From an uncultured delta proteobacterium (GTDB lineage Bacteria; Myxococcota_A; Polyangia; Fen-1088): DNA of 64,000 nt. The notes under the pieces were generated by a model, which worked only from the letters and a program-made list of their open reading frames with translations, ran no database searches and had not been told where the DNA came from. Position numbers and translations under genes: made by a program. This document shows positions 36,014 through 45,989 of this stretch, piece by piece (position 1 is the stretch's first letter; each line of letters begins with the position of its first letter). The stretch spans positions 1 to 64,000 of the forward strand of contig CAVWIP010000008.1 of assembly GCA_963755125.1 (NCBI GenBank), in the 5' to 3' direction.

Positions 36014-37684
36014 CTACTGACCGTTCTTCGTGTACAGCCAGTCCTTGACGAAACCACCCTCCTGGCTCGGGCCCAGCAAGAGATTCCAGTTGGCGTCGAA
36101 CATGTCTGGAAGCCAACTGTTCGACGCGCACCACGCAGTCCAGCTCCCGCCCAAGCCTTCCAGCCAGGTCAACATGGGCTTTCCATAGCTGGCCCCGAGG
36201 TCCGTGCCATTCCCTGGCTGGCTTGAGCAAGCACAGTATCCCCATTCCGTCATGATGATGGGGTTGACCTTTGCGCACGTCGCCGCGTTCTGCGTGAGCG
36301 AATTGTTCCCGTTCCCGTAGTGTTGCGCGTACATGTGGACCGAGTACATGATGTTGCCGCCGGTGAGTGGATTCGTGGCCGCACCACCCATTTGCTGGTC
36401 CCACGAAGGGCTTCCCGAAATGATGATGTTCTTGGGTGCCAGGCCCCGGATGGTGTTGACCCAGCCCTGCATGGTAGCCTTGTACGTGGCCCAGTCGTCC
36501 TGAACGCTCGACTCGTTGAACACCTCGTAAAATACGTTGGAATAGCTGCTGAAGATTGGTGCAACCAGCGTCCAGAACTGGCTGACCGCGGCCTGGTTGG
36601 TGTAGGGGCTGGCGACGTAATGAAGATCGATGATGGCGTAGAGGCCAACCTTCGTGGCGTAGTCCACCGCAGGTTTGAGGGTATTATTGATGTACGTGGT
36701 CGATGTCCCTGGGGGATCGGCAGGGAGGCGCACGATCTTGGTGTACCAGCCTGGCGAGCCTGGCGCCTCTGGTGTGGAGGCAGCCGTGACGTCGTTCTTG
36801 TTGGTGATCTTGTCAAGCAACCCGTCTATGCCGAGCGAAGTCTCCGACTGGTCAGTGAGACCTTCAATCGAGACACCCCTCAGAATTACCTGCTTGCCAG
36901 TTGGATCCTGGAGTTGGTTCCCCACCACGGTCAGCCAGGGCAAGCTGCTCGTCCCGCCACCGCTGGTGGTACTGCCGGCGACACCGCCGGTCCCACCTGA
37001 ACTCGTGACACCACCCGAGCCTCCCCCGCCTCCGGCACCGCCCGAACTCGTGACACCACCCGAGCCTCCCCTGCCTCCAGCCCCACCGGAAGTCGCGATG
37101 CCACCCGAACCGCCCGAGCTTGTTGCGCCGCCCGCGCCGCCTGAACCTGCTACGCCACCCGAACCGCCCGATGATCTGGTGCCGCCCGCGCTTGTGCTGC
37201 CTCCCGAGGCGCCCGAAGTCGCGATGCCGCCTGACCCGCCTGAATTCGTAACAGCGGTCGTGCCGCCCGCGCTTGTGACGCTGCTCGTGCCGCCCGAGCT
37301 TGTGACGCTGCTCGTGCCACCCGAACTCGTGACACGGGTCGTGCCGCCCGAGCTTGTGACGCTGGTCGTGCCGCCCGAACTTGTGACACTGGTCGTGCCG
37401 CCCGCGCTCGTGATACCTCCCGAGACTCCCGAACTCGCGACGCCACTCGTGCCGCCTGGGCCTGCACTGCTCTCGCGCGCGCTAGTCCCGCCGTTGCCGG
37501 TAGCGCCGCCACTGGCGATCACACCGCCAGACGCCGGCTTGCCGCCCGAGCCGCCAGGGTTCGTGCCGGTATTGCCGGCACTTCCCGTGCTCCCATTCTG
37601 ACCGTTTTCCCCGCATCCGAAACTGCCGCAGGCCGCGAGCAAGAAGGTTCCAAAGGCAGCCTGGTGAAGGGAAATTCTTTTCAT
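36014..37684 (-). CDS. glycoside hydrolase family 5 (cellulase/mannanase-type) lipoprotein with long Gly/Ser/Thr linker
   Basis: trimmed to MKRISLHQAAFGTFLLAACGS; catalytic-domain motifs VILRGVSIEG, NVFYEVFNE (acid/base), IIMTEWGY (nucleophile). Confidence 0.8.
   Translation of the reverse strand: MKRISLHQAAFGTFLLAACGSFGCGENGQNGSTGSAGNTGTNPGGSGGKPASGGVIASGGATGNGGTSARESSAGPGGTSGVASSGVSGGITSAGGTTSVTSSGGTTSVTSSGGTTRVTSSGGTSSVTSSGGTSSVTSAGGTTAVTNSGGSGGIATSGASGGSTSAGGTRSSGGSGGVAGSGGAGGATSSGGSGGIATSGGAGGRGGSGGVTSSGGAGGGGGSGGVTSSGGTGGVAGSTTSGGGTSSLPWLTVVGNQLQDPTGKQVILRGVSIEGLTDQSETSLGIDGLLDKITNKNDVTAASTPEAPGSPGWYTKIVRLPADPPGTSTTYINNTLKPAVDYATKVGLYAIIDLHYVASPYTNQAAVSQFWTLVAPIFSSYSNVFYEVFNESSVQDDWATYKATMQGWVNTIRGLAPKNIIISGSPSWDQQMGGAATNPLTGGNIMYSVHMYAQHYGNGNNSLTQNAATCAKVNPIIMTEWGYCACSSQPGNGTDLGASYGKPMLTWLEGLGGSWTAWCASNSWLPDMFDANWNLLLGPSQEGGFVKDWLYTKNGQ
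37243..37440. repeat. 27-bp tandem repeats (~7 copies) encoding SGGTTSVTS units of the GH5 linker
   Basis: gtgccgcccgagcttgtgacgctgctc-type units repeated head to tail. Confidence 0.7.
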
Positions 37685-38013
37685 GAAACTCCTCCGATGA
37701 TCGATGGGAACGTCCAGTACTACAGTGCCGGCAGTCGACGAAAACCGCTCACTGAACACGGCTGGGTTGGTTCCAGTTCTGCGCATAACGACAAAGCTAG
37801 CCTGAATCGGACGATAGCCACTGCGCGAACCGGGCTGGGTTCGCCCGCCCCTGGAAGACACCACACGAGCCAACTGCCCCGAATGAATAGGGCGTGATTG
37901 TACCCGTTGTTCGGCGGAGCGCCAAGCACGCGTCACCATCTCCTGGCGCGATGCGCGCGACGCTGCTGCGAGTCAGGTGATCTGCGACGACCCGGCAGTG
38001 CTAAAAACGGCCC

Positions 38014-40455
38014 ATGAACAATGGCGCGATGGAAAGCTGTCGGCCGCGGGTCAGGTCGTTTGGCCTTCTGGCGATCTTGTTCGCGCAGCCTTCGGGGGCG
38101 GCGCCCTCCGATCAGGCCAAGATAGCCCACCTGACGGTTCATGCCGGCCAAGACGGACCGAAGATCAGTCCGCTTCTTTACGGCATCTTCTTCGAGGAGA
38201 TCAACCGGGCCGGTGAAGGTGGCCTGTGGGCCGAGATGATCCAGAACCGTTCCTTCGAGGACGATCACAACGAGCCCCTGGCTTGGAAGTTCTCCGGGCC
38301 GGTGAAGGCCAGGCTGGACAGGCAAAGGCCGCTCTACCCGCAGAATCCCACCTCCCTGCGCCTGGAATTTTCCGGTTCCGATGCGGGCGTCGCCCAGGAC
38401 GGGTTCAGTCGCGACAAGGACCGCTACCCGGGCGGGATGGCATTCCGCAAGGGAGAAGCCCTGCGCTTCTCACTGTACCAGCGGGGTGAATGCGGCCTGG
38501 AGGTCCGATTGGTGGGACGAAGCGGGAAGGTGCTCGCGAAGACCTCTCTCCCCGCGCCCGGCGGAGCCTGGGAGAAGGTTGACGCAACGCTAGAGCCCTC
38601 GGCCACGGACCAGTCCGGAAGGTTGGTCCTGGTGGGCCAAGGCGCGGGAGAAGTCTGGATCGACCAGTTGTCCCTGATGCCGGTTTCGACCTGGAAAGGG
38701 CACGGTTTGCGGCGGGATCTGGCCGAAATGATCGCTGCCCTGAAGCCTGCGTTTGTACGGTTTCCCGGGGGTTGTTTTGTCGAGGGCCTGAATTTGCCCA
38801 ATGCCCCCCGATGGAAGGACTCGATCGGCGAGCAGGCCCAACGCCGTGGAGTCGCCAACCGTTGGGGCTATCAGACATCAGGGGCCTTCGGCGTCCACGA
38901 GTTCTTGCAGTGGTGCGAAGACCTCGGGGCCGAACCGCTCTATGTGATCAATTGCGGCATGGGCCACAACTACACCGTGCCCATGAATCGAATGAAGGAG
39001 TGGGTGCAGGACGCGGTGGATCTGGTGGAATACGCCCGGGGCCCGGTCGACAGCAAGTGGGGCGCGATGCGGGCCGCTGCGGGCCATCCGGCTCCGTTCA
39101 AGCTGAACTACCTGGAAATCGGGAACGAGAACGGCGGGCCCGAGTACGCCGAGCGCTACGCTCTCTTCCATGACGCCCTGAAGGCGAAGTACCCGGACCT
39201 GCACCTTGTCGCCAATTTCTGGGACGGTGGCGTCCCCAAGAGTCGCCCTGTGGAGATCCAGGACGAGCACTACTACCTCGATGCCGTGGGGTTTCTGGGC
39301 ATGGCGGACTACTATCAGCGGGTCGGTCGAAACGGTCCCAATGTGTATGTGGGCGAATACGCGGTTACCAACGGCGCCGGGAACGGCAATCTCTCGGCTG
39401 CGCTCGGCGAGGCGGCCTTTCTGACCGGGCTGGAAGCCGTCGGCGACCACGTGGTGATGGCGTCCTACGCCCCGCTGCTGGCCCACCCAGCCTGGAAAGC
39501 CTGGACCCCGAACGCGATCGTCTTTGACCAGGGCCGCGCCTACGGCACGCCCTCCTATCACCTGCAAACCATGTTCTCCGCGAACCGGGGCGACGTGGCT
39601 TGCCCCGTCGAACTCACGCAGCCGGAGATCCCGTTCGAGACTCCGAAGGGTAGTTTCGGCGTGGGAACCTGGGGCAACACCCAGGTCGAATACAAGGACA
39701 TTTCCTTCACCTTGGCCGACGGAAGACGCATCTTCACCGGCAATTTCACCCAAGGGATGAAGGGCTGGAGGCCCTTCAAGGGTGTGTGGACGGTCCAGGA
39801 TGGCGTGCTACGCCAGGCCGGGAAGGAAGACGCCTTCGAACTTGCCCAGATCGCCGACAGCCACTGGAGCGATGGTGTCTTCGAGGTAAAGGCGCGCAAG
39901 GTGGGAGGCGTCGACGGATTCCAGATCCAGTTCCAGGCCGAGGAAGACGGCCAGCAGAGGGTCTGGAACGTAGGCGGCTGGGGCAACACCCAGATTGGGC
40001 TGCAGGGGATCTTGGGCGAGCCGAAAATAGCGGGCAAAGTCGAAACGGGCCGCTGGTACAGCATCCGCATCGAACTCCTCGGGCCTCGCATCAGGTGTTT
40101 TCTCGACGGGAAACTGATACAGGAAGTGGTCCGTCCGAACCCGCAATGGCTGTACGCGGTGGCCAGCCGGACCCAGGACGGCAAGCACATCATCCTCAAG
40201 CTGGTCAACGCCGGCACGGTCCCGCGCAAGACCATGTTCGACATCGAAGGCGTTACGTCGGTCGCCCCCCGGGGCCTGGTGACGGCGATGACCTCGAAGG
40301 ATGGGAACGACGAGAATTCGTTCGAGCAGCCCCGTCACGTAGTCCCGGTGGAAGCAGTTGTGACCGGGATGGGAAAGAGCTTCACCCGGACCTTACCAGC
40401 CCGCTCGGTCACGGTGCTGAAGCTGCTGGTGACTCCTTTGCTGGAAAGGCAATGA
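38014..40455 (+). CDS. alpha-L-arabinofuranosidase, glycoside hydrolase family 51
   Basis: signal peptide; RFPGGCFVEG (cf. RFPGGNFVS), YLEIGNENGG (acid/base), VYVGEYAV (nucleophile); C-terminal beta-sandwich. Confidence 0.8.
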   Translation: MNNGAMESCRPRVRSFGLLAILFAQPSGAAPSDQAKIAHLTVHAGQDGPKISPLLYGIFFEEINRAGEGGLWAEMIQNRSFEDDHNEPLAWKFSGPVKARLDRQRPLYPQNPTSLRLEFSGSDAGVAQDGFSRDKDRYPGGMAFRKGEALRFSLYQRGECGLEVRLVGRSGKVLAKTSLPAPGGAWEKVDATLEPSATDQSGRLVLVGQGAGEVWIDQLSLMPVSTWKGHGLRRDLAEMIAALKPAFVRFPGGCFVEGLNLPNAPRWKDSIGEQAQRRGVANRWGYQTSGAFGVHEFLQWCEDLGAEPLYVINCGMGHNYTVPMNRMKEWVQDAVDLVEYARGPVDSKWGAMRAAAGHPAPFKLNYLEIGNENGGPEYAERYALFHDALKAKYPDLHLVANFWDGGVPKSRPVEIQDEHYYLDAVGFLGMADYYQRVGRNGPNVYVGEYAVTNGAGNGNLSAALGEAAFLTGLEAVGDHVVMASYAPLLAHPAWKAWTPNAIVFDQGRAYGTPSYHLQTMFSANRGDVACPVELTQPEIPFETPKGSFGVGTWGNTQVEYKDISFTLADGRRIFTGNFTQGMKGWRPFKGVWTVQDGVLRQAGKEDAFELAQIADSHWSDGVFEVKARKVGGVDGFQIQFQAEEDGQQRVWNVGGWGNTQIGLQGILGEPKIAGKVETGRWYSIRIELLGPRIRCFLDGKLIQEVVRPNPQWLYAVASRTQDGKHIILKLVNAGTVPRKTMFDIEGVTSVAPRGLVTAMTSKDGNDENSFEQPRHVVPVEAVVTGMGKSFTRTLPARSVTVLKLLVTPLLERQ

Positions 40456-40608
40456 AAGGACTGGGTGTCGGACTGGATGGCTACGTGAAGTAGGCGAACC
40501 GGAGTTCAAGGCGAAGCACGCGGGGCACAGGTCGGTTGCGCTCGACGTCCGGGATGCGCGGAGAAGGTCGCCAAGACAGCCGATCCTGCTGTATGTTGCC
40601 TCTCTCAC

Positions 40609-42120
40609 ATGTCGTCCCGCTCGGAGAACCGACCGCCTGTACGCCGGGAGCGCTGGGTTCCCCCCTTGTGGCTACTGGCGTTCGCCGGCTTCTTCCTGCT
40701 CGGCGGGGCCTGGGCTCTCGCCGCCCCCTACGAAGGCACGCCGGACGAGGCAGACCATGTCTACCGCGCGGTCGGCGTGGCCCGCGGCGAGTGGATTGCC
40801 GAAAAGGGCATCTGGCAGACCGTGCCCCGGAGTCTGCTCGGCCCGCGCTGCTTTGCCGGCAAACCAAGCCAGCCCGCCAACTGCAGCCCCGAACCTGGCG
40901 GCGATGCCTCGCTAAGACGGGCCACCACCGCCGCGGGACGCTACAACCCCGCCTACTACGCCCTGGTAGGTTGGCCGCTGCGCCTTTGGCCAAACTGGAC
41001 CGGGATTCTCCTCGCCCGTCTTCTCAGCGCGGCGCTGGTGGCTGCTCTGCTCGGCGGCGCCTTTCACAGCGCCGTGCGCTGGTCGCGTTTCCCCTTGCTT
41101 GCGACAGGTCTGCTCGCTGCGACGACTCCGATGACCATGCACATGGCTGGCGCGATCAACCCGAACGCACTCGAGATTGCCGCCGGGACAGCCCTCTTTG
41201 CCATGCTGATTCCGCTCTTGCTCGACGAGGCCGCACAACCACGCCGGGCACAACTCTACCTGGCAGCCCTGGCCGCGGTGGTGTTGGCCATACTCCGGGC
41301 CTTGGGTCCGCTCTGGCTGGTCATCGCGATCGGGGTGCTGCTCGTGCCGAGCCGCCACGCTTTGCTTTCCCGCCTGCGGCGCAACCGTAGCGTCCTCGCG
41401 TGCAGCGCCTTGGCCGCGCTCGGGTTCGTCGTCGGCGTGGCCTGGACCGTCTTGGTGAAGACAGGCAAGCCGGAAGTCGTCAATTTGCCTGGGCACCTGA
41501 CCTTCGCCGAGGCACTCCGTTTCGAGATTGCCCTCCGCGTGGGCGCGTACGCGCAAGAGATGGTCGGCGTCATGTCATGGCTCGACACGCCCATGCCTGG
41601 GTGGGTCTATCTCGTCTGGTGGTCCGTGCTGGGCTTCTTTGCGCTGTCCGTGCTGGCCTTCGGCAACTGGATCGATCGCTGGCGCATCGTCGCATTGACC
41701 GTCTTTACCTTCGGCATCCCGGTGTTCCTCGACTCGATCGAAGTCAACACCTATGGATTCATTTCGCAAGGTCGCTACGTGCTGCCGATTGCGGTGGGTA
41801 TCCCGATGATCGGCGCATTCGTGATCTCAGCGCGCGACATGCTGAGCCGCGCGCGAGCCGTCGCCCTCACGCGAACCTTTGCCCTCCTGCTGCTCCCGCT
41901 CCAGCTCTTCTGCCTCGCCTTTACCATGGTCCGCTGGCAGTCCGGCACTGCCGCCGACATGCACGCCAAGTCCTCCAATCCGCTGGCCGGCGCGTGGAAC
42001 CCTCCGCTCGGATCGTTGACAGCCCTGCTGGTCGCGTGCGTCGGTCTCGTCCTGCTTGGCTTCTGCTACTGGCGACCCGACACGAGCGCCGAGGCTGCAC
42101 CACCCGCAAGCCAGGAATAG
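40609..42120 (+). CDS. polytopic membrane protein, possible GT-C-fold glycosyltransferase (DUF2142-like)
   Basis: 503 aa, >10 hydrophobic segments; first extracytoplasmic loop PYEGTPDEADHVYRA (DE motif typical of GT-C enzymes); assignment tentative. Confidence 0.5.
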   Translation: MSSRSENRPPVRRERWVPPLWLLAFAGFFLLGGAWALAAPYEGTPDEADHVYRAVGVARGEWIAEKGIWQTVPRSLLGPRCFAGKPSQPANCSPEPGGDASLRRATTAAGRYNPAYYALVGWPLRLWPNWTGILLARLLSAALVAALLGGAFHSAVRWSRFPLLATGLLAATTPMTMHMAGAINPNALEIAAGTALFAMLIPLLLDEAAQPRRAQLYLAALAAVVLAILRALGPLWLVIAIGVLLVPSRHALLSRLRRNRSVLACSALAALGFVVGVAWTVLVKTGKPEVVNLPGHLTFAEALRFEIALRVGAYAQEMVGVMSWLDTPMPGWVYLVWWSVLGFFALSVLAFGNWIDRWRIVALTVFTFGIPVFLDSIEVNTYGFISQGRYVLPIAVGIPMIGAFVISARDMLSRARAVALTRTFALLLLPLQLFCLAFTMVRWQSGTAADMHAKSSNPLAGAWNPPLGSLTALLVACVGLVLLGFCYWRPDTSAEAAPPASQE

Positions 42121-44757
42121 CTACTCCAAGGTCGCCTTGAGCGCGCGGTAATCGGTCTTGCCGGTCCCCAGAACCGGCAGCGTCTCCATACGCACCACGC
42201 GCCGGATGTTGTGCAAGGGGGAGAGCCCCGCTTCACGCAGGCAGCGGTTGGCCGTCTCGCGATCGATGTCCAGACTGGTGAAGAGAACCAACTCGGGGTG
42301 TTCCTCGTCGGGTGTGCATTCCACCGCCAGGCTCGGCCCATCGCCCTGACCAGGGGACACCCACTTGGCCTCGAGCGCGGTCTCGACCGCGGCCAGCGGG
42401 ATCATCTCACCGCCGATCTTCACGAAACGCTTGAGCCGCCCGCAGAAGGTGAGAACGCCGTCGTTGTCCTCGCAAACCAGGTCGCCGGTGCGGTACCATT
42501 GCTTGCCGGCAAACGACACGAAGGGCGACGGACCGTCGTACTTGAGATACCCGCGGAAGATACTCGGCCCGCGCACCAGCAGCATGCCGCGCTGACCGCA
42601 GGGCGTGGGCTTGCCGCACTCGGCGTCCACGATGGCGTGCTCCACCGACGGCAGGGGCAAGCCAATGGTCTCGCGCCGCGGTCGCTGGGGCCGATTGACC
42701 GACACGATGGGCGAGCACTCGGTGATGCCGTAGCCCTCGATGACCACCAGTTCGGGACACGCGCCGGCCAGGGCATCGTAGACATGGGGTGGGCACTTCT
42801 CGGCGCCGGCAATCGCCAAACGCAAGCTTGAAAGCTGCCCCGGCTGGGCGGCACGCACAATGCCGGCCAGAAAAGTGGGCGTGCCCACCAGCAGCGTGGC
42901 CCGGTACGCTTCGATGAGAGAAGCCAAGGTGGCGCTATCGTTGGGGTTGACGTGGTACACCGTACGCAGACCGCAGAGCAGCGGCAACAGCAGGTCGACG
43001 GTTAGCCCGAAGGAATGGAACGGCGGCAGGATGCCCAGGAGAGCCTCCTCGGGGCGAAGCGGAATGACCGCGAGCGCGTCGCGGATGTTGGTCAGCAGAT
43101 TGCTCTGGGTCAGGGGCACCGCCTTGGGCACGCTCTCGGAGCCGCTGGTGAAGAGCACGGCAGCCACTTCTGGCGCGCGCGCCTCCTCCAGCGGGCCGAT
43201 GAGGCCCATGCGCGCGCGCAACGCCGCGAGCAACTTGCCGGGAAGCGAGAATTGCTTGACGACATCGTCCAGGTAGACCAGCCGCCGCAGGAATCCCGGG
43301 GTGCTGGCAAAACCGTCCGATTCCAGGCGGCTGACCAGCGCGCGGGCGGTCACCACAGTACGGACATCGAGCAGATCCAGTCCGTGCAGCACGCCGCGCG
43401 GCCCGGTGGTCCAGTTGATCATGACCGGCGTCTTGCCGGCGAACAGCGCGGCCAGGGTGGCCACGGCAGCGGCGACCGAGGCGGGCAGCATGATGCCGAC
43501 GAAGGGACCGGGCATGCGGGCGAAGACCGGCCGCAAGAGCAAGAGCGCCGCGACCAGATCGCGATAGCTGCGCACCCCCCTCTGCTGGTCCGCGATGACC
43601 ACCTGGCTGGGATGCCGACGAGCCATGTCCAGAAACACCGCGGTCAGGCTGTCACCCGCCGGCATGGTCGGCGGCGCGGTGGCGTTTCTCGCAGCGGTGG
43701 ACCAGGCGTGCGCCACCGGCCGGGGCTCGGCCGCGGCCTTGCCCACCGTCTCGCCCACCGCCGCGCGCATCACGTCTCCCACCGTCTCGATGGCGTCCAC
43801 CTCGGGCTGGGGAAAACCGAACTCGCTTTCGATCCAAGCCTGGATCTCGACGCGCACCAAACTGTCCAGACCCAGATCGTGGGCCAGACGCTGGCCTTCG
43901 TGGATCTCGCGCACGCCGGTGATGTGGCGCAGATACTCCAGCACCGTGTCGCGCGTGGCTGGCGGGATCCGGCGCGCCACGCCTGGCTCGGCGCTGCTCA
44001 CCGGCTCGGGCAGCCAGCGCACCCCGCCGCCCTCCCACAGAGAATAGGGCACGTAGGTGCTTCCGCCCGCGTTGCGGTTGTAGAAGTCTTCCAGATAGCG
44101 ATTGAGCACCACCCGGTCCGCGGCGCGCGGCAGGTCGTCGGGCTCGACCACGTCGATGGCCACGTGGCGGCGAGGCGCGAGAAAGAGGCCGCTCTTGACC
44201 AGACCCCACAGGCCCCGGCGCAGGGCGCGCAGGACCTCGGGTGGCTTGCCCGAGGCGCGACTGAAACTGGAGCCCCACAGCCCGGCGGTGCGCACCAACA
44301 CCACGCGCACCTCGGGCACCGCGCGCAGCAACTGCTCGACCGCGCTGTTGCCGCCCAGATCTTCGCGGCGCTGGCGATACACGCGGCCCGCGGGATAGAG
44401 CAACAACGCTTCACCCTGGCGCAAAACCGTGGCGCTCGCTTCGATCATGGATTCCACCTGCTCGCGGGCGCCGCGACCATCGCGGGTCATGTCCGCGATC
44501 TCGAGAGCCCGCGCCCGCCGCGCCAAGAAGTGAATTCCAGGCCGCCGGGCCTGGGCGCGATCCGCCAGTACGCGCGGCCGGAAGCGCGGCCAGAGCACGG
44601 CCATTAGGATGATGGGGTCGATGAGCGCCGGGTGATTGGCCAGAAACAAGATCCCGCGACCGTCAGGAGGGACGATGCCATCCATGCCTCGCACGCGAAT
44701 GCGGTAACGCAACCAGAGCAAGCAACGGATGAGGAGACGTAGGAAGCGGTTGAGCAT
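42121..44757 (-). CDS. Aas-like tri-domain enzyme: lysophospholipid acyltransferase (PlsC) - acyl-carrier (PP-binding) - acyl-ACP synthetase (AMP-binding)
   Basis: HxxxxD LANHPALIDP; PP-binding DLGLDSLVRVE; AMP-binding FTSGSESVPKAV and GYGITE; stop codon abuts stop of convergent gene (42118-42123). Confidence 0.8.
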   Translation of the reverse strand: MLNRFLRLLIRCLLWLRYRIRVRGMDGIVPPDGRGILFLANHPALIDPIILMAVLWPRFRPRVLADRAQARRPGIHFLARRARALEIADMTRDGRGAREQVESMIEASATVLRQGEALLLYPAGRVYRQRREDLGGNSAVEQLLRAVPEVRVVLVRTAGLWGSSFSRASGKPPEVLRALRRGLWGLVKSGLFLAPRRHVAIDVVEPDDLPRAADRVVLNRYLEDFYNRNAGGSTYVPYSLWEGGGVRWLPEPVSSAEPGVARRIPPATRDTVLEYLRHITGVREIHEGQRLAHDLGLDSLVRVEIQAWIESEFGFPQPEVDAIETVGDVMRAAVGETVGKAAAEPRPVAHAWSTAARNATAPPTMPAGDSLTAVFLDMARRHPSQVVIADQQRGVRSYRDLVAALLLLRPVFARMPGPFVGIMLPASVAAAVATLAALFAGKTPVMINWTTGPRGVLHGLDLLDVRTVVTARALVSRLESDGFASTPGFLRRLVYLDDVVKQFSLPGKLLAALRARMGLIGPLEEARAPEVAAVLFTSGSESVPKAVPLTQSNLLTNIRDALAVIPLRPEEALLGILPPFHSFGLTVDLLLPLLCGLRTVYHVNPNDSATLASLIEAYRATLLVGTPTFLAGIVRAAQPGQLSSLRLAIAGAEKCPPHVYDALAGACPELVVIEGYGITECSPIVSVNRPQRPRRETIGLPLPSVEHAIVDAECGKPTPCGQRGMLLVRGPSIFRGYLKYDGPSPFVSFAGKQWYRTGDLVCEDNDGVLTFCGRLKRFVKIGGEMIPLAAVETALEAKWVSPGQGDGPSLAVECTPDEEHPELVLFTSLDIDRETANRCLREAGLSPLHNIRRVVRMETLPVLGTGKTDYRALKATLE

Positions 44758-45070
44758 GGCCGTCGTGCCGGCGCAGTATATCGCCTCCCGGACGTCTTCG
44801 GGCTATCGGGCTGTGCCGGGGTGAACGGGTCTCGCCACCATCGGTCCCTGCGGCACGGCCGATCTCGGCTCCACCGCGAACTCTGCCTCGCGAAGGCGTC
44901 CGGCCAAGTGGCGAGAAGCTGTGGCACCCATGCAGCGGAATGGGCTCCCAGGTCGACGGCGCGATCGCGATCGATGTTGATGGCCACCTCGGGCTTGCCA
45001 CCCCTGGAGGGAGACATCCAGGTGGACGGACTTTTCCCCACGACCGCCGTCCAGCGATCCCCTTGGCGGC

Positions 45071-45841
45071 TCATGCTCGGCGAGAAGCAAATGGCGCGCT
45101 TATCAGTATGCGGCTATCGCCTCTGCTGACGACTTGGCACCCAGGGAAGACCCCAGCAAGAAGCGCCCTAACGTCTTCCCATTTGTGCTTGTCGCCTTCA
45201 ATGTAGTTGAAGGCCAGCACGCCGCCAACTGCGAGACTATCCCGGCACTGTTTCAAGAAAAGCGGAGTCGTTACGAAGTCAGGAACTGCTCTGCCCTTGA
45301 ATACGTCAACAAACACCAGGTCGTACTTGCGTCCATTCTGCGCCATGAAGGACTCGGCGTCGTCACACACGGGCTCTATCCTCGACGAGTTCCCTTCGCC
45401 CAGGATCTCCAGCGCCCACCCGAGTACCGTCTTGTCCTTTTCGACCAGCGTGAAGCGTGGGTCGTATCCTCGTGTACGCATCACATGCACGATGCTCCCG
45501 AGGCCAGATCCGAGCACGAGCACGCTCTTTGCTGCTGGCAGGAACTCTCTCAGGTGTCTTGCCACCGCTACGGCCGGGAAATAGCGATCGCCGTCGGAGT
45601 AGAGGGCACCAGCGGTGAGGAGCTGGAATTGATTGCGGTACAAGAGCAGCTCAAGCCAACCACTGATATCGCTTAGCGACCGCATCAGCGATACCGGTTG
45701 GAAGTAGCTTAGCACCTTCTGATGAAACGGGATGTGAATGATTGACCTGCCGCCTGTGAATCGTCGTTGGTCCGGGGCACATATCCCTTGAATGGGCATT
45801 TCCACGCTGCGCGCCGAGCACCGCTCCCACTGAAGTATCAT
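45071..45841 (-). CDS. spermidine-synthase-like class-I SAM-dependent methyltransferase/aminopropyltransferase
   Basis: VLVLGSGLGS glycine loop, DLVFVDVF; lower-GC coding sequence than flanks; start may be an internal Met (45799 or 45685). Confidence 0.5.
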   Translation of the reverse strand: MILQWERCSARSVEMPIQGICAPDQRRFTGGRSIIHIPFHQKVLSYFQPVSLMRSLSDISGWLELLLYRNQFQLLTAGALYSDGDRYFPAVAVARHLREFLPAAKSVLVLGSGLGSIVHVMRTRGYDPRFTLVEKDKTVLGWALEILGEGNSSRIEPVCDDAESFMAQNGRKYDLVFVDVFKGRAVPDFVTTPLFLKQCRDSLAVGGVLAFNYIEGDKHKWEDVRALLAGVFPGCQVVSRGDSRILISAPFASRRA

Positions 45842-45989
45842 CCCGCGAGCGCAAGCAGGTCAACCTACACTGCGCTGATCTACGACGCGACTGCCCCTTC
45901 GATACTGCCTAAAGAAACGGACCGCCATACGAAAATTTGAACTATGATGGTCCGCTTGCAGATCCGACAACCATTATCGAGGGAACAGT

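Noticed and set aside
37243-37440. Possible CRISPR-like regular repeats
   Set aside because: Units are contiguous with no spacers and are in-frame coding sequence (SGGTTSVTS); they are tandem coding repeats, not a CRISPR array
36675-37601. 308-aa Pro-rich ORF
   Set aside because: Antisense to the Gly/Ser/Thr linker and 27-bp repeats of the GH5 gene
42211-44607. Several plus-strand ORFs (206-530 aa) across 42.2-44.6 kb
   Set aside because: All antisense to the Aas-like gene, which has three recognisable domains
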